NCBI GenBank assembly: GCA_951406725.2
Contig: OX597824.1
Coordinates: forward strand, 32,260,001-32,384,000
DNA: 124,000 nt
Reading direction: 5' to 3'
Source of the DNA: Octopus vulgaris
Lineage: Eukaryota
The notes under the pieces are model-generated. The model was not told the DNA's origin. It saw only the letters and a program-made list of their open reading frames with translations, and made no database searches. Position 1 is the first letter of the stretch, and the number at the start of each line of letters is the position of its first letter. Shown here piece by piece: positions 53,281 through 67,361 of the stretch. A program made the translations under genes and the position numbers.

Positions 53281-55676
53281 ATAATGATAATAATAATGAT
53301 AATAATAATAATAATATTGGTGCCAACATACACCGGAAAAGGTAATGGACAAAAATGGGAAGGCAAAAATCCTCTGGGACTTTGATTTCCAGACAAAGTG
53401 TTCAAATTCCTTAAACAACCCATATTCAGGGACCTTTTGAACAGGATGGGTTACTCGACCAGAAGAAAATTCTAACTGGGCCCCACCTGTAAGGTCATAC
53501 GCTGTTTATCTTGATATGAGATCACCATGTCGCGCACATATGGTTGTGATGCATGTACCTAGTGTACCCTTATCAGACGGGTAATCATGATAGGTATACT
53601 GGGCTTCGTATATTTTACCCCAGTGTCACTTTGATGGCATGCACTGCTCTCTCATGATAACAACAACAACAACAATAATAATCATTCCTACTACATGTAC
53701 AATGCCTGAAATTTGGGGAAGGGAGATAATCGATTACATTGACCCCAATACTCAAGTGGTACTTATTTTATCGACGCCGAAAGGAATTTATGGGGCCATG
53801 GTTCAAATCATTCCCTTCAGCCATAGTTCTTCGCCTTTATTGAACCAGTTCTTTTCAGTTCATTCGTCAACAGATATTCCCATATATTCTATTTGCTCCA
53901 AACGTATTTTTCTTCAGAGATCCCTTCAATCATCCACTGACCCTTTATCTGATGTTCCCCATATGAAAACTTTTTTTACTCTTCTTTACTACTGCCCACT
54001 TATCTATGACCTATTTATTGATCTCTTTTTAACGTCAAGGCTCATGGCTCAGTGGTTAGAGCGTCGGGCTCACAGTCATGAGGTAGTGAGTTCGATTCCC
54101 GGACAGGGCTGTGCGTTGTGTTCTCAAGCAAGACATTTTACCTCACGTTGCTCCAGTTCACTCAGCTGTAGAAATGAATTGCGACGTCACTGGTGCCAAG
54201 CTGTATCGGCCTTTGCCTTTTTCTTGGATAGCATCAGTGACGTGGAGAGGGGAGACTGGTATTGTTCAGACTTGTGCCTCGGAGGGTAAACTCCAAGGTG
54301 CAATTCTATGGCCATTCATGACCTAAGGAGTTTTTACCCTATTTATTGATATCTTTTAATAATGGTTGATAATGCGAGTTCATCAAACAGTTATTTAAAA
54401 ATGCCCCTACGACACTCATTTTCGAATATATTCAACATTTGTTTTATTGGTTTGGTAACTTACCAGCTTTTATCAGCCAAAAACAAAAAAAAATTGATGA
54501 TCGTATAACGAAGGCGTTACTCACTTTTGTTACTATTAGGCAGATTATATATTTCCTATTTCAATTGAAAGTCTATATCACCTTATCATCTTTAGATACG
54601 GAAATATCTAACGGTCCCACAACGGTATTTGAATGAATTTTTATCCATTCCACATAGGTCAGCTCCTCAAGATGATATGTGGATAATTCCTTAAAAACGT
54701 TAGATTTGATACCCTTAAAGTAATATTAGTATACACGTACAGAAGTAGTGAGGAGATGATAGCAAGCTGTGTCCAAACATTGCTAGTTTGCAAAATAAAA
54801 AATTTCTTAACATCAAGAGGAACGTTATTACCATCATCAAATGTTGATGGATAAGTCTGCTGTTAGCTTCATTTAATTGAATTATTTTTAATTTCAACTT
54901 ATATGATATTAATGCAATGGTTAATTTCTTTTGCAACAAATTATTTCGGATATACTTCCTCATGTTTCGAAGCAATTCAAAAAAATTTTCACCAAAATTA
55001 TTAAAGTACGAAACATAGTCGATGTTCTTTCCATTTCAAACGTGAAATCTTCGAGACCAAGCAATTTAGTATTGTTACTACAATAACTTTTACTTTGTAA
55101 TGCGTATACGACACAATGGCTAGGGAGCATTTAAAAAATGGGAGATAGCTCAATTGGAAATCCCATAAGATTCATAATAAAGTAACACGGAAGTTCATTC
55201 GATAACAACTAGTTTGGTGCCACGGGAGGAATTTCATTTATCAAAACCTCTTTAAAAAAGAAACCGATTGGAAACATTGAAATACTGGTTGGTAGTATTT
55301 TAAAACATGAATTTTGTTTTTAGAATTGATCTTTGAATAACATTTCTGTCTGCGGAAGCTGTTACTTCGTTTTGTAAAACAATAAAACGCCGAATGTGCA
55401 AAACTAAAACTTTCTCGTTGGAATTTCAGCGTCGAATTATTTGTCAAATGATACGTCAGATGTAACAAAAAAAAAAAAAAAAAAAAGAAACCTGCCGTAC
55501 TTTTCGGAATAGTTGTTCTACATAAGTCGGAATTTCTGCTTCTTTTTTTCTTTTAATAGCACATTTCAAAACAATGGAGATACGAGAAGCTGTTAAAACA
55601 AATTTAAATCCATGTTTTTCAAACGTTTCCTTGTTGCATTAGTTATGTCAAAAACCTGGTGTCAGTTTATATACAA

Positions 55677-58600
55677 CTAGCTGAGGTACCCGGCATTGCT
55701 CGGGGTGTGAACGCTTTGAATACTTATTTTCTTGTCTAACGACCAGCGTCGCGAAGTGCTTTTGAAAAACGTACAGAATTCCATGCCAAAACGTACCAAA
55801 ATTCACAAAAAATGTACAAAATATTTTTGAAACATGTCACAACCGCGAAAAATAGAGAAAAATACGGTTTTTCTTAGAAAATCTGAAATATATGGGTGTA
55901 TAATGACTTGAAATTGATGAAAATACATTTTTTTTTTCTAGTTTCAGCTCAGAGCTGCGGCCATGCTGATGCACCGCCGTTAAAAAGAAAGAATATTGAA
56001 ATCTAACATTTCTAAAACGTACAATACAGTCAATTTTTCAGTAAAAGCATACAGAACTGTACAAACTTGCCAACTTCGGCAGCGCTGCTAACGAACCCTC
56101 CAGGTGAAGTCCTGCCACAGAGAGTGTTTGCCCTTGCGATTTGTTGCTCGACATCGCAAAACTCACACGAACAGAATGACCGCCTCAATAACACGTGGCA
56201 CCATCTTCTTCACCACCAGTCGTGCCGCGTTGAACAGTCTCAGAGGATCCAAATTCTTCAGCAGCATTATTGGAATGCCCACTTTCAGTCCCAATCTGTG
56301 GGAAGGGAGACCCGGAGGTTCCAATGAATTGAAGAATTCTGTGCGGGATTTGGTGTTGTATCAACTGACTTGAAGACTTGCGGAATTCCAGGCATGAACT
56401 GCAGCAGCTGCTCATTGATATTATTGACATGGATATTATTGACAATTGATATATATATTGACATTGTCAATATTATTGACACTGATATTATTGATATTAT
56501 TAGTGGGTTTTTTTTGAGCAAGTATTGCCTTTTCGCATAGCCAACTGAGATTCTTGTAATTTTCCCTCAGATTGGGAAACACAACAGATTTGAGATCATT
56601 AACGGTACTAATGATGGTGCAAACTGGTCTGAGTGGAATTTCTTGCCTTCACCAGGAGTCAAAATATCTTCAGCAAATTTTGCCGACAGTTGGTCACCGT
56701 ACAGTTGAGCTCTCATGTTAGTGTTAAGACGCAATATTGTGACCTGGTGTCATAATGGAGAGGACTTAAGACACACTCGGACTTCATCCGCCCTGGTTCC
56801 TTTGGGAATTACTGTAAGAGTTTGCCTGAAATCCCCAGGTAATAAAAGTGTGACACCTCCTCCCACCATGGGATCCTGACAGTCCCTGATGTCTAAAGCT
56901 TCATGAGCTCCTTTGTGTGTCATGGTGCATTCATCCAACACAACGAGCTGACACCTTCTCAGCACTTTTCCATTATCTGAGCTCTTACTGATGTGACAAG
57001 TAGGAATGTCAAATCTTGTCATATAGAGAGGAAGCTTAAATGTAGAATGTGCTGTCCTGCCACCAGGCAGTAAAATCTCCGCAACCCCATCTCCGCAATA
57101 TCTAATGCGATGCCCTTGTGCTGTCTAACTTTGGCTAGGAGAAGCTTTGTTACGTATGTTTTTCCTGTCCCCCCCCCCTGGAGCATCCAGGAAAAATATG
57201 CCTCCTCTTCGGTAGAGCACACAGTCAACAATAATGCGGTAAGAGCGTTGCTGGTCAGGAAGCAATTTAGGCTCAGTTTGGATGACATATCTCGTGAGAG
57301 CCTCAATGTCGTAGGACGTTTCTTGAAGAATGTATGTGGGAAGAGAATTCGAAGTTTCCCGTAGTGTTTGGGGCAAACCATATGTAGGAAGAGCATTTCC
57401 ACCCATTGAAACAATCTTGTCCTCTATATCGATCAACACAAGCTTGTAGACTCCATCACTGAAGCCTACTTCTATGCCGGGCAACTGCATTTGTGCCTCT
57501 TTTTTGCCATTCCACAGTGTACATGTCACATTTCACATGTCCAAGTACCTGACTTTTTATGATGAAGTCCAACAGTTTAATCAACTTTAACCGAAAGACT
57601 CTGGCCATGAGGACATGCTTGTCTTTGGGTTTTTGACCCGCAAAGAGTTCACTACTGCCACTAAGGATTGCATATGAAGGCGATAAATAGATCAGGTCTC
57701 CCATAATGCCGCACATATGTCATTGTACTCTGGGTCCTCTCATGCATATAGCGGGGACCTCCTGTAAAAGTAGATAGAAGAATGCAAACTTGTCCAATGT
57801 TTCTGGGAGCTGCATCATTGTCGATACTACTTCGAAGATGGATGTAGCTGTCACAACGCAGCCTTTTCTGATTTTTTTTTATGAACCCCAATCTCTCAGA
57901 CTCCATTTTTGCATTCATATCAACTGCAAATTGGTGGTAGAGTTCCTGCGACCTGTGTAGGTGGTTGAAGCAGTTGTTGCATGTCAAAGCGGTCCGTGCA
58001 TGAAACTGTTTTGTTGATTTGCTCTCCAGCATTGTTAGTGCTACGCTTTGGAATGCCAAAATGGTAACCGTTCTCACCATGTACAAAGAGAAGGGGATAC
58101 TGAAGTGCATCGTAGGATCTCTGTGTTTCAGTGGTCCTTTGTATTGTATTCTCTCAACGATTGAGAACAATGTCTCTGCTCTTGTATTGGTCACCATGGA
58201 AGACAACAGCAATCCCATTGCATGTGGGTGCATTATAGCAGCCTGCATGTTCCCCAGATTGTCTTTGCTCAGCGTTTATTACAACGGTAAAATTTGGTGT
58301 AGTTTCTGTTTCCAAAGCATACCTGAGGCTTTGGACATAGCTGTTTCTAAAATGCATCATCTTCTAAAGTGGCAGAATGAGCTCCAGGTGAAATGGAGTT
58401 TCGCCTGCTTGCTTGCTGATGGTAGTTCCCAACAAAGTACAGCTGAAGAAATCGAGGTTCTTCATTTTTCAGAGGCTGGAATGATCCAATCCTGTGATAC
58501 GCCTGTCCTTGCACTTTAAAAGTGGGTATAAATCCATCCTCTCTGACAATATTTGCCCCAAAAGAGGTCATTTGAAAAGCGCAATTGTACTTTCGAATGT

Positions 58601-60009
58601 TATCCAAGAAGTACTTCGACTCTGCTGTTGTACCTGCAAGTAGAAGCTTCAACGGCTGTGGTGGATCTTCAAGGAGGCGGGCAATTGGACCTTCTCGTTG
58701 GAGCAGCACATTCCGAAATTTTCTCCTGACCATCTTTTGGCGTTTCAGAACTGGCAAGTAAATGACATATCACCGATCTGAATATCTGGATAGATGGCAT
58801 AGTTGACATTGGGATCATAGTGGAATGCTTTTAAGAGCCACTGTGAATTGCAGGGTTTAGAAATGCCCCGGGCATTACCTCTTCTCTGAACATTATTCCC
58901 AAGCCTACTACTTCGATCTTCTACAGTCTCTGCAGTTCGCGCAGCAGCAGTTGCTGTAGCATCTCTATTCTGGCGAATGGCACTGTTCTCCGTCCTCTGA
59001 ACCTCGTGCAGCTGCAGCATTCCTAGTATGGCGAATGGCGCGCTGTTTTTCGTTGTCTGCAGCTCGCGCAGCTGCAGTTGCTGTAGCATCCCTTGTACGA
59101 CGAATAATGTGCTGTGACTGACTCAGGTTAGCATGTACTGAAGCTGTTAATGAAGCATTTCCGATCTGGCGACTGCTAAGCAGCTCCTCACTTTCCATAG
59201 CTCTTGCGGTGGTTGTGCAAGCAGCATTTTGTGAATGTCTTCGTGCAGTCTCATGCGAGGATTCATTTGCTCTCCTTCTCTTCGATGCTTCTGCTGGGGT
59301 GGTTTTGCGACCAATACGGGGTCTTTTCTTAGGTAGCATTATCTCAGAGTTTAGAAGCTTCAATTACAAAATGCAGATGTGGAAAAAGTAAATTTAAATA
59401 CACGGAGTGCAAAAACTTTAGAGACAGAAAACGGAGAATATCGGTTGAAAACTGCAAAAGTTTTTTTTAGAGAAAAAAAACCCCGTGCGAAACATTTTTT
59501 CTACAGTTTCTCGCTTTAAGCAAGAGCTCTGGGGAAAACGTTATAATGCATGACCATGCTTGGCACATAAGTAATGTGCGTGTAAAGTTTGGCGAAAATC
59601 GGTTGAAACTGTGCAGTGTTGCTGGTGCTATGTATGTAAAGATGTTGTTGATGAAGTCGGTGAGAGACATAATGGTCGCGGTGAAGATGGAGGTCGCTGT
59701 AATGCTGTTGGATGGGTGTTGTCTGGCGGAGTCACTGGAACTGGCTGTGTCATGTGGTCGGTGGCTAAACCTTAGAAGGTCTGGAACCAAAGACCTCGAG
59801 ACAAGGAGAAGCTGAATATTTATAAGTAACAGTAGGCTCAAAATTGGATTGTGAACAGACTGTCGCACGTGATCTTATTTAGGGACTTCGATTGATTAGG
59901 TAGCATATTGGCGTGATAGAGTAAGAGACAAATTGCGCCAATACCAATCAGTCAGAGTCCAAACAGCCGCCAAAGGATCTGCTACGTTCGGATGTATATA
60001 TATATATAA
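55677..60009 (-). mobile_element. Decayed Helitron with RepHel remnants (Rep N-terminus + PIF1 helicase)
   Basis: Fragments FQMTSFG..FKVQGQAYHRIGS, FTGGPRYM..YGRPDLF..CNP, YTVEWQKRG, FLDAPGG/GGTGKT, DECTM, GDFRQ; 3' hairpin ccccgagcaatgccggg + CTAG at 55677. Confidence 0.9.
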
Positions 60010-60744
60010 TAAAGGAGAGAGGAAGTCCACTAGAATTAGCTACAAACAGCCCCTCTTCCACGAGTCATTTTGTGGGAGACAAAATAGACGATAAAAAGAA
60101 GATATTTTTGTAGCGAAGAGGTGAACAAAGTTGCGTAGCCAGCAAAACTTGATGTGCAAATGTGATGAACCTACGTCCAGCTAAGTGGAAATCACGAGAA
60201 TGCAAAAAAATCAAGGTATCAAGGTACATGAGAGAAGAATATTGGCTGCAATGAGAATGAGCAGTGCCAAGAATTTGCCTGCAAAACAGCGAGTTGTTTG
60301 CAGAGGCAAAGGCTGTAGGTGCTAGAAAAGCGACAGTGACTAACGAAGCTAGTCAAGCCATAAAGATGGTGGCAAAAGAAAGCAGTTCCAACATACAAGA
60401 AACTTGGTGTTGATCAGGCACCAAAGGAAGAAAAAAATGGAACGCCGCGTGATGCAAAGAAAAATGCGTTTATAAGAGGTGGTTTGTGCGTCCTACAAAC
60501 CAGCAAAGAAACGCATGACAAAAACACGTAAGGAGCTTTTATTCTTATTGCCAGATGAAAAAAGGCTGGAGAAAAACATTCTGCTAGAATAAACTTAGAA
60601 ATGCATCGTGTTATTTTGAGTGAATGCGTATGTAGTTTACGCTTAGTGAAATTCGCTCTCTCTCTGTTATATATACATGAATACGGACGTAGTAGATAAC
60701 AGCTAGCCTTCGGCCGCCCTTTTGCACCCTGTTGTGTCCACTAC

Positions 60745-60912
60745 TCTGATTGGTTGGTATTGGTGCACTTTTGTCTCTTGCTCTGTTACGCACCAGTGCG
60801 CAACCCAACCAATCACAGCCTTCTGATTAGGTCACGAGAGACAGTGTCTTCCAAACATTCCGGTGAGCCGATAGTACACTATAAAATACAAGCTTCAACA
60901 CCGTCTTTCATC
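60745..60912 (+). promoter_or_regulatory. Promoter-like cluster: ATTGG (about 60749), CCAAT (60809), TATAAAA (60880), Inr-like TCATCT (about 60908)
   Basis: Canonical spacing of the motifs; function not shown. Confidence 0.35.
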
Positions 60913-60916
60913 TTTG

Positions 60917-62804
60917 GCTGTATCCAACCCAAATATTCTAGCTGTTTTATGTTAAAATTCCCTACAATGTCATTCTAAAAATATACAAACACACTATTGG
61001 AATCTTGAAGCTACAAAATGCATGATTAATTCAAAACAGTGAATAAATAAGCATTGCATTTGACTGAATTATTTGAAATGCCAAAGGTCTAAAGGAGAAA
61101 TTGCTCTTGTCAATGATGTCATCACTGTAAACATCCTGTAGCTTTCTGTGGATGTCAGACAGCCAGCACCTCTATTTTGTCTGTCAATGATGACATGTTG
61201 CTTCTGCTTGGAACTTGTTTTTTGCCTACAATTAAGGAGAACAGAATGAAGAGTTACTGCAGAGGATGAGCATCTGTATCTCTACCAACATGTACAATTT
61301 GAAAGGCCTGTGTGAGTTAATAAACGGTTATGCCTACTTTTGGATTGCTTTCATTTCAAACATCATACATGTGTGTTTGTGTGTGTGTGTGTGTGTAGAC
61401 ACATAAGATGAAATAACTTGCCAAAGTTTAATGCAGTTTCAATTTCTAGATTAAGATAGTTTGGTATTGGATATTCTTCACGTATAGTTTTCCTAGTCAA
61501 GTGAATCACCATCGTAAGTGGACATTAGAAATAAATAGACGAAATCCATTCACTTTTATAAAAAGATTAAAAAGAAAATGATGGCAAAATACTCGTTTTT
61601 TCACAATGAAAAATCGTTTCCTAATAACAGGAATTTCGCGACAAAAAGTATGTTTATTAAGCACAACAGCCTGCAGTGCATGCCGTTGGGCATTAAAAGC
61701 CAATCGCACAATCCAGGCCCATACTTTTGCCATCCTGTACAATCTTTTCTTCTTTTCTATACGACACCAAAAGTAAAGAAATCAATTAACCACATGTTTG
61801 TCAATTTTTTTTCACCAAAAACTTAGATTTTTTTCCCCACTTTTGTCATTCTGTAAAAATTCTTTTCTTTACGACATAGAAATTAAGAGAAAAATAGGTT
61901 TTTTCGTTACAACATAACGATTAAATTAATAAAGAGAAAAATATTCTTTTCTAAAGATCTTGCCTGGAACGATCATATCAGATCTTGGAGTAAATTAACA
62001 TTTATTTACCTTCTCAGGTTTTATTCATTATTAAAAAAAAAACAACATATATTGCATGCCTTACAAACCAGAAGAGAGCCCTCAATACAAAGTTGGATCA
62101 TAATAGCCCAACAAACAAAAGAGGCTGCTTTAGTTCTATTTTGGCTAGTGACAGGTTACAGTTTGGATCTGTTACTATTGGGTTGTCCGGAAAGTTCATG
62201 CCAATTTTTAAAGGACTGAAAAAGGTCAATAAATTTCTTGCCATTACATTTCTAATCAACCAAATATGAACCATTTTGTTGCCCAATGCGTCTCCATCTT
62301 TCCTTTAACTTGAAAATACCCTCTTCCCAGAATTGAGGTGGTTTCATGGCAAAGAATTCATCAACGTGATTTACGTCATCTAAGGAATTGAAATTTTTAT
62401 CATTGAGACTATTCTGCAGAGACCTGAAGAAGTGGAAATCCAAAGGAACAATATCTGGTGAATATGGAGAGTGGGGTAACACATCCCAGCCGATCTGCAG
62501 CAATTTTTGTCTGGTTCCCAAAGCATCAAGTGCAGAAAATGAACTTTCTTATCTTCCATTTTAAAGGGTTACAGAATTAATGCAGGTTATAGGAACATAA
62601 ACCTTCTTCAACGAAAAGATAAGCTTAAACTGTGCTGTAAATGGAGGTATAGTCAGATCCTATTTTATGGACTCAACCTTGTTCTAAAATAAGTCGAAAT
62701 GTAAGCTACTATAAATCGGCACGAACTTTCCGGACAACCAAATAAATCAACTGCCATGAAGGTTGGTTCTCAATACTGATTGCACCATTATTTCATCTTA
62801 TGTG

Positions 62805-62848
<44 letters not shown>

Positions 62849-63322
62849 ACACACACACACAAACACACATGTATGATGTTTGAAATGAAAGCAATCCAAA
62901 AGTAGGCATAACCGTTTATTAACTCACACAGGCCTTTCAAACTGTACATGTTGGTAGAGATACAGATGCTCATCCTCTGCAGTAACTCTTCATTCTGTTC
63001 TCCTTAATTGTAGGCAAAAAACAAGTTCCAAGCAGAAGCAACATGTCATCATTGACAGACAGAATAGTGGTGCTGGCTGTCTGACATCCACAGAAAGCTA
63101 CAGGATGTTTACAGTGATGACATCATTGACAAGAGCAATTTCTCCTTTAGACCTTTGGCATTTCAAATAATTCAGTCAAATGCAATGCTTATTTATTCAC
63201 TGTTTTGAATTAATCATGCCTTTTGTAGCTTCAAGATTCCAATAGTGTGTTTGTATATTTTTAGAATGACATTGTAGGGAATTTTAACATAAAACAGCTA
63301 GAATATTTGGGTTGGATACAGC
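60917..63322. repeat. Long inverted repeat: arms 60917-61416 and 62788-63322, spacer about 1.37 kb
   Basis: Arms are reverse complements; I saw about 4 substitutions plus a (CA)n length difference. Confidence 0.9.
62176..62744 (-). mobile_element. Mariner deletion derivative with both TIRs
   Basis: TA-TTGGGTTGTCCGGAAAGTTC TIRs; [21 protein letters not shown]. Confidence 0.85.
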
Positions 63323-64899
63323 TGGATGAAATGCTAAAGAGTTAGACTTCTTCAGATAAACGAAGTTTAACCGTTTAGTTTTCACATTATTCTGCGAAAA
63401 TTAATGCTTTTTCATCCACATTGTTTTGAACTAATCATGCATTATCTTGTAGCTATGAGATTTTGATGAGGTAGCTGTTGATTTTTAAAATGATATTGTA
63501 GGGTTGGTGTGAGAGACCAGATCTGGTCAGTTTAAACATAAAACAAGCTGAATACTTTTGGCCGGATATGGCCAGTGTTTGAATAGGAACCTCTTCTAAG
63601 TTGGTTTTAGTTATTTAAAAGATTTTTTAAAAAGAAATATACACACATGTGTATAAACCATGTTTGTATGTGATTTTTGTTTTTCTTTTTAATTCGAAGT
63701 GGAAAGAAGTGTATTTTTACTTCTAAATAAAATCAGCTTCAAAGAATAACATACAAAGGATCCCATGAGCATTAAAGTAGCAAAGGTAAATTGTTACTTT
63801 TCTGATAACTAAAACAATGTAAGCTGTTTGAAATGCTAAAAGGTTAAAGAACTGGAAACCATCCTTGAAGACAAACTATACAGAAGGAGACCAACTGCAA
63901 CACTTGACAAGCATCACCAGTAGTTGGGAGAATTTATTTGTGCCAATAGATGAGTGACAATCCTTGAGTTTTCTGGATGACAGGACTGTTGTCAAATATG
64001 CATTGCAGAAGATGTTGGAATTCCGTAGTTATTGGAAAGTCTGTGTGAAGTAGGTTTCTCGGCAGCCGGTAAATGATTTGAAAGAGAGAAGGACAGAAAT
64101 CTGGTCTTAACTGCTGGAAACATTTAAGGCAATGAAGATGTATCTTTTATCTTTTACTTGTTTAATAAATTAGGTTGCGACCATGCTGGGGCACCACCTC
64201 AAAGAATTTTAGTTAAATGAATTGACACCAATGCTTATGTTCTTTTTAAGCTTGGTACTCATTCTAAGTACAAAGAAACACACACACACATACATATAAT
64301 ATATATATATATATATTTCTTTACTACCCACAAGGGGCTAAACTCAGAGGGGACAAACAAGGACAGACAAACGGATTAAGTTGATTACATCGGCCCCAGT
64401 GCATAACTGGTACTTAATTTATCGACCTCGGTGGAATTTGAACCCAGAACATAATGGCAGACGAAATATGGCTATGCATTTTGCCTGGCATGCTAACGTT
64501 TCTGCCAGCTCGCCGCACATACATATATATATATATACATATATATAGTCCTACCCATACATGCATGGACGATGGATGTTAAACAATGTTAAATGACGAT
64601 GATGTTGATATTTATATACATACACATATATGATGATCTTCTTTCAGTTTCTGTTTACCATATTCACTCACAAAGCTTTGGTCAGCTCAAGGCTAGAGTA
64701 GGTGACACTTGCCCAAGGTTCCACACAGTGTGACTGAACCTAGATCCATGTGATTGGGAAGTAAATTTCTTACCACATAACCATGCCTGTGTCCATGTTA
64801 TTTTTCCTGATCTGGTGACAAGAGATGCAACTTGGCCTTATGTTTATGATCCAGAAACAAATGACTTAATCCATAGAACAGAGACAGGGTCATCATTTG

Positions 64900-67262
64900 A
64901 AATGACTGTCATAAGTTTTTTGAGTGTTTTGAATGGACTATTGTAAATAAATTAAACAGATCTTCTATTAGTTGCAATTATGAGCATTTTGGCTGTTTGA
65001 TTACCAGAACTGTCTCCTCAGTGTATTGGTGTATATAAAAGGTTGACAATTCTACAGACACAAGGGTCCTTAATGTAATACTCAATCACAATCAGTGTGG
65101 CACTGTGTGATGACAATGCTGGTTTTTGAATTTCATATCCCATTCATCTGACTGGCTTCACATATTATGCTCATTCAGTTTTATTCACAGGACTGCTAGA
65201 AAACTATGGCAGAAGACATATGGGATAAGTGAAAGTTATGGCAGAAGATTATGGTAGAAGGCTCTGAGAGAAGTGAGTTCTGCTAGAAGGTTATGGTAGA
65301 AGACATTTGCCCCAAATACTTCATAGTAGGATCAAACTTAGAACATCATTTGGCATATTTTTTTTTACTGGTTAAAAAGCCCAAAGTCAAGATCTGTTAA
65401 CTGTGCTGATAGAAAGCTGAAGACAACCTTCTCTCTTATTGTAACCTTCTCTTGGTCAGTGAATTTGACTTCAGCATGGCAGCTTACAAATCATTAGACA
65501 CACAGTTGCCCTCAGCCCCCCTGTTCACCTCTGAATTGACAAATACTTGCTGAAGAAGAAGAAAAATTACAAGATTGGACAAAGTAATTTCTAAACAACT
65601 TTTTAATCAGTTTGTCTTGATTTTTTTTTAGTCATGTAAGATTTTTACAGTTGTGTAAGATATTGTGTAAAAAGTCAAACAGCGAAAGTTTATTTGGCAC
65701 ATTTCCAAAGAAACAGCCAACTGATGGAATTAAATGTTTGTAAAGAAAGGTTTCATAAGTTTACAAGTTAGAGTGTGACAAAATATATTCTTAATTTCTT
65801 TGCTGTCCATCTTAGTTTATTATGGTAGGGAATGGTTGGTGGTGGTTGAAGAGAAAGTGGGAAAGAAAAATTTTCATGGAAAGAAAGAGTGAAAATAATT
65901 ATTTCTTAATTAGGCAAGAAATGTTAAAAGGTACAAAGTTAGGAATATGAAAAGTTGTAATAGTTGTACCTTTGTGACTGGAAACTGCGTTACAAACTTA
66001 ATATTCCAAGAATATACTGCTGTACCATGATGGCAGCCATAGAGAATCAAAATGATATCACAAGTGCATTTGTATTTCTGTTTTAGTCCTCCACAATTGA
66101 TATGTGGCATAAAAAACGTAAGAACCATTGAGTTATTATCCTAATTAGAATAATTCTAGATTGTTATTTAAAAGAAATAGAGAGAAAAACTTTATTTGTA
66201 GTTGTTAATCTAGTTCTGCTTCTCACTTCAAGAAAACCTATTGAAAAATATATCACACTATCAAATCATACGATATTGTGCTATTACTTGTATTAGTTTA
66301 TATCTATGCAGTCTTCCAAGAAATCTCTATGTAAATAATAATAATTTAAGATCTCAAATAGAGAAAGGAAAAAAAAAGAAGGAATATACTGGTAGAAAAA
66401 AATCCCAGAAAACATGCAATAAGTTAGGAAAAAAAAAATCAATTTTTAAAATCTTTATTTTTGTTTTTCATTCTTGGAAGGGACAAAGCTGGACCTGGGA
66501 ACTTCCAAACTGGGTTCTGAAGTCCTCCGTTTCAAACTTCATAAATGGAAAATCAGGGTAAAAGTTATAAATATCAAATTATAGCAATATTTCCATTTTT
66601 ATGGACTTTTTTTTTATTTTCCATATAGTTCAAAAAATACTTATAAAAATCTATCATAAGAAAATTTGGTGGGTTTCATTTTTTTCTTGTTTTACGACAA
66701 TATTTCATTTCTTTTGATTTATATCTGTATTGACATGTGCACAAATTTGTTTTGTTTAATTTAAGAAAAGAGTAAGGTCCTCCAAGAGAGGACCAAAACC
66801 TCAAAGAAATTTGCAATTAAGAGGGGGTGGGGGTTTGAATCAAGAAGAATCAAAATGGTTAGGTATTGTTATCAAACACAAAGATTAAAATACATGTATA
66901 TATTTGCATTTCTTTTTAAAGGTATGTTTGGCCACAGTTCTGCTTCGTAGTCTCCATGATGAACAACTGGAGACAGGAGAATCCACACGTACATTTAAAG
67001 CTACTTCCCGAACACAAGATCTCATATATTCAAACACAAATACACACAAACTGACAGAGGCAGCTCTGAAATGTTCTAATCGTGGATACAGCTGTTGTAA
67101 TTCGGTTTCAGAAATCTGTTGTGAAAATACTTTTATATTTGTCCTATAAAATTCTGATGGTATCTGTAAGTCTGTGGTCCATCATTCGGGTAAGAACATT
67201 TCTCGACCTGTAGTTGATCAACTACCTAACATCAATCACAGTTAAATGGATCAGCTCTGTTT
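64900..67262 (-). other. Probable long RyR 3' UTR
   Basis: Repeat-poor U-rich stretch right after the stop codon; the 3' end is not defined from sequence. Confidence 0.4.
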
Positions 67263-67361
67263 TCAGCTAGAAGCTTCATCTTCATACTGTTTCCTAAAGC
67301 AATCACCAACTGGGAAAAAGTCCCAGCAGCGCTGTTGATACATTTCCCAAACATAGGTTTC
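67263..67361 (-). CDS. RyR: RyR last coding exon ([32 protein letters not shown])
   Basis: 99 nt ending in TGA at 67263-67265. Confidence 0.97.
   Translation of the reverse strand, partial: ETYVWEMYQQRCWDFFPVGDCFRKQYEDEASS

Noticed and set aside
53639-54289. 216-aa ORF
   Set aside because: Runs across SINE fragments and AT-rich filler; no domain signal.
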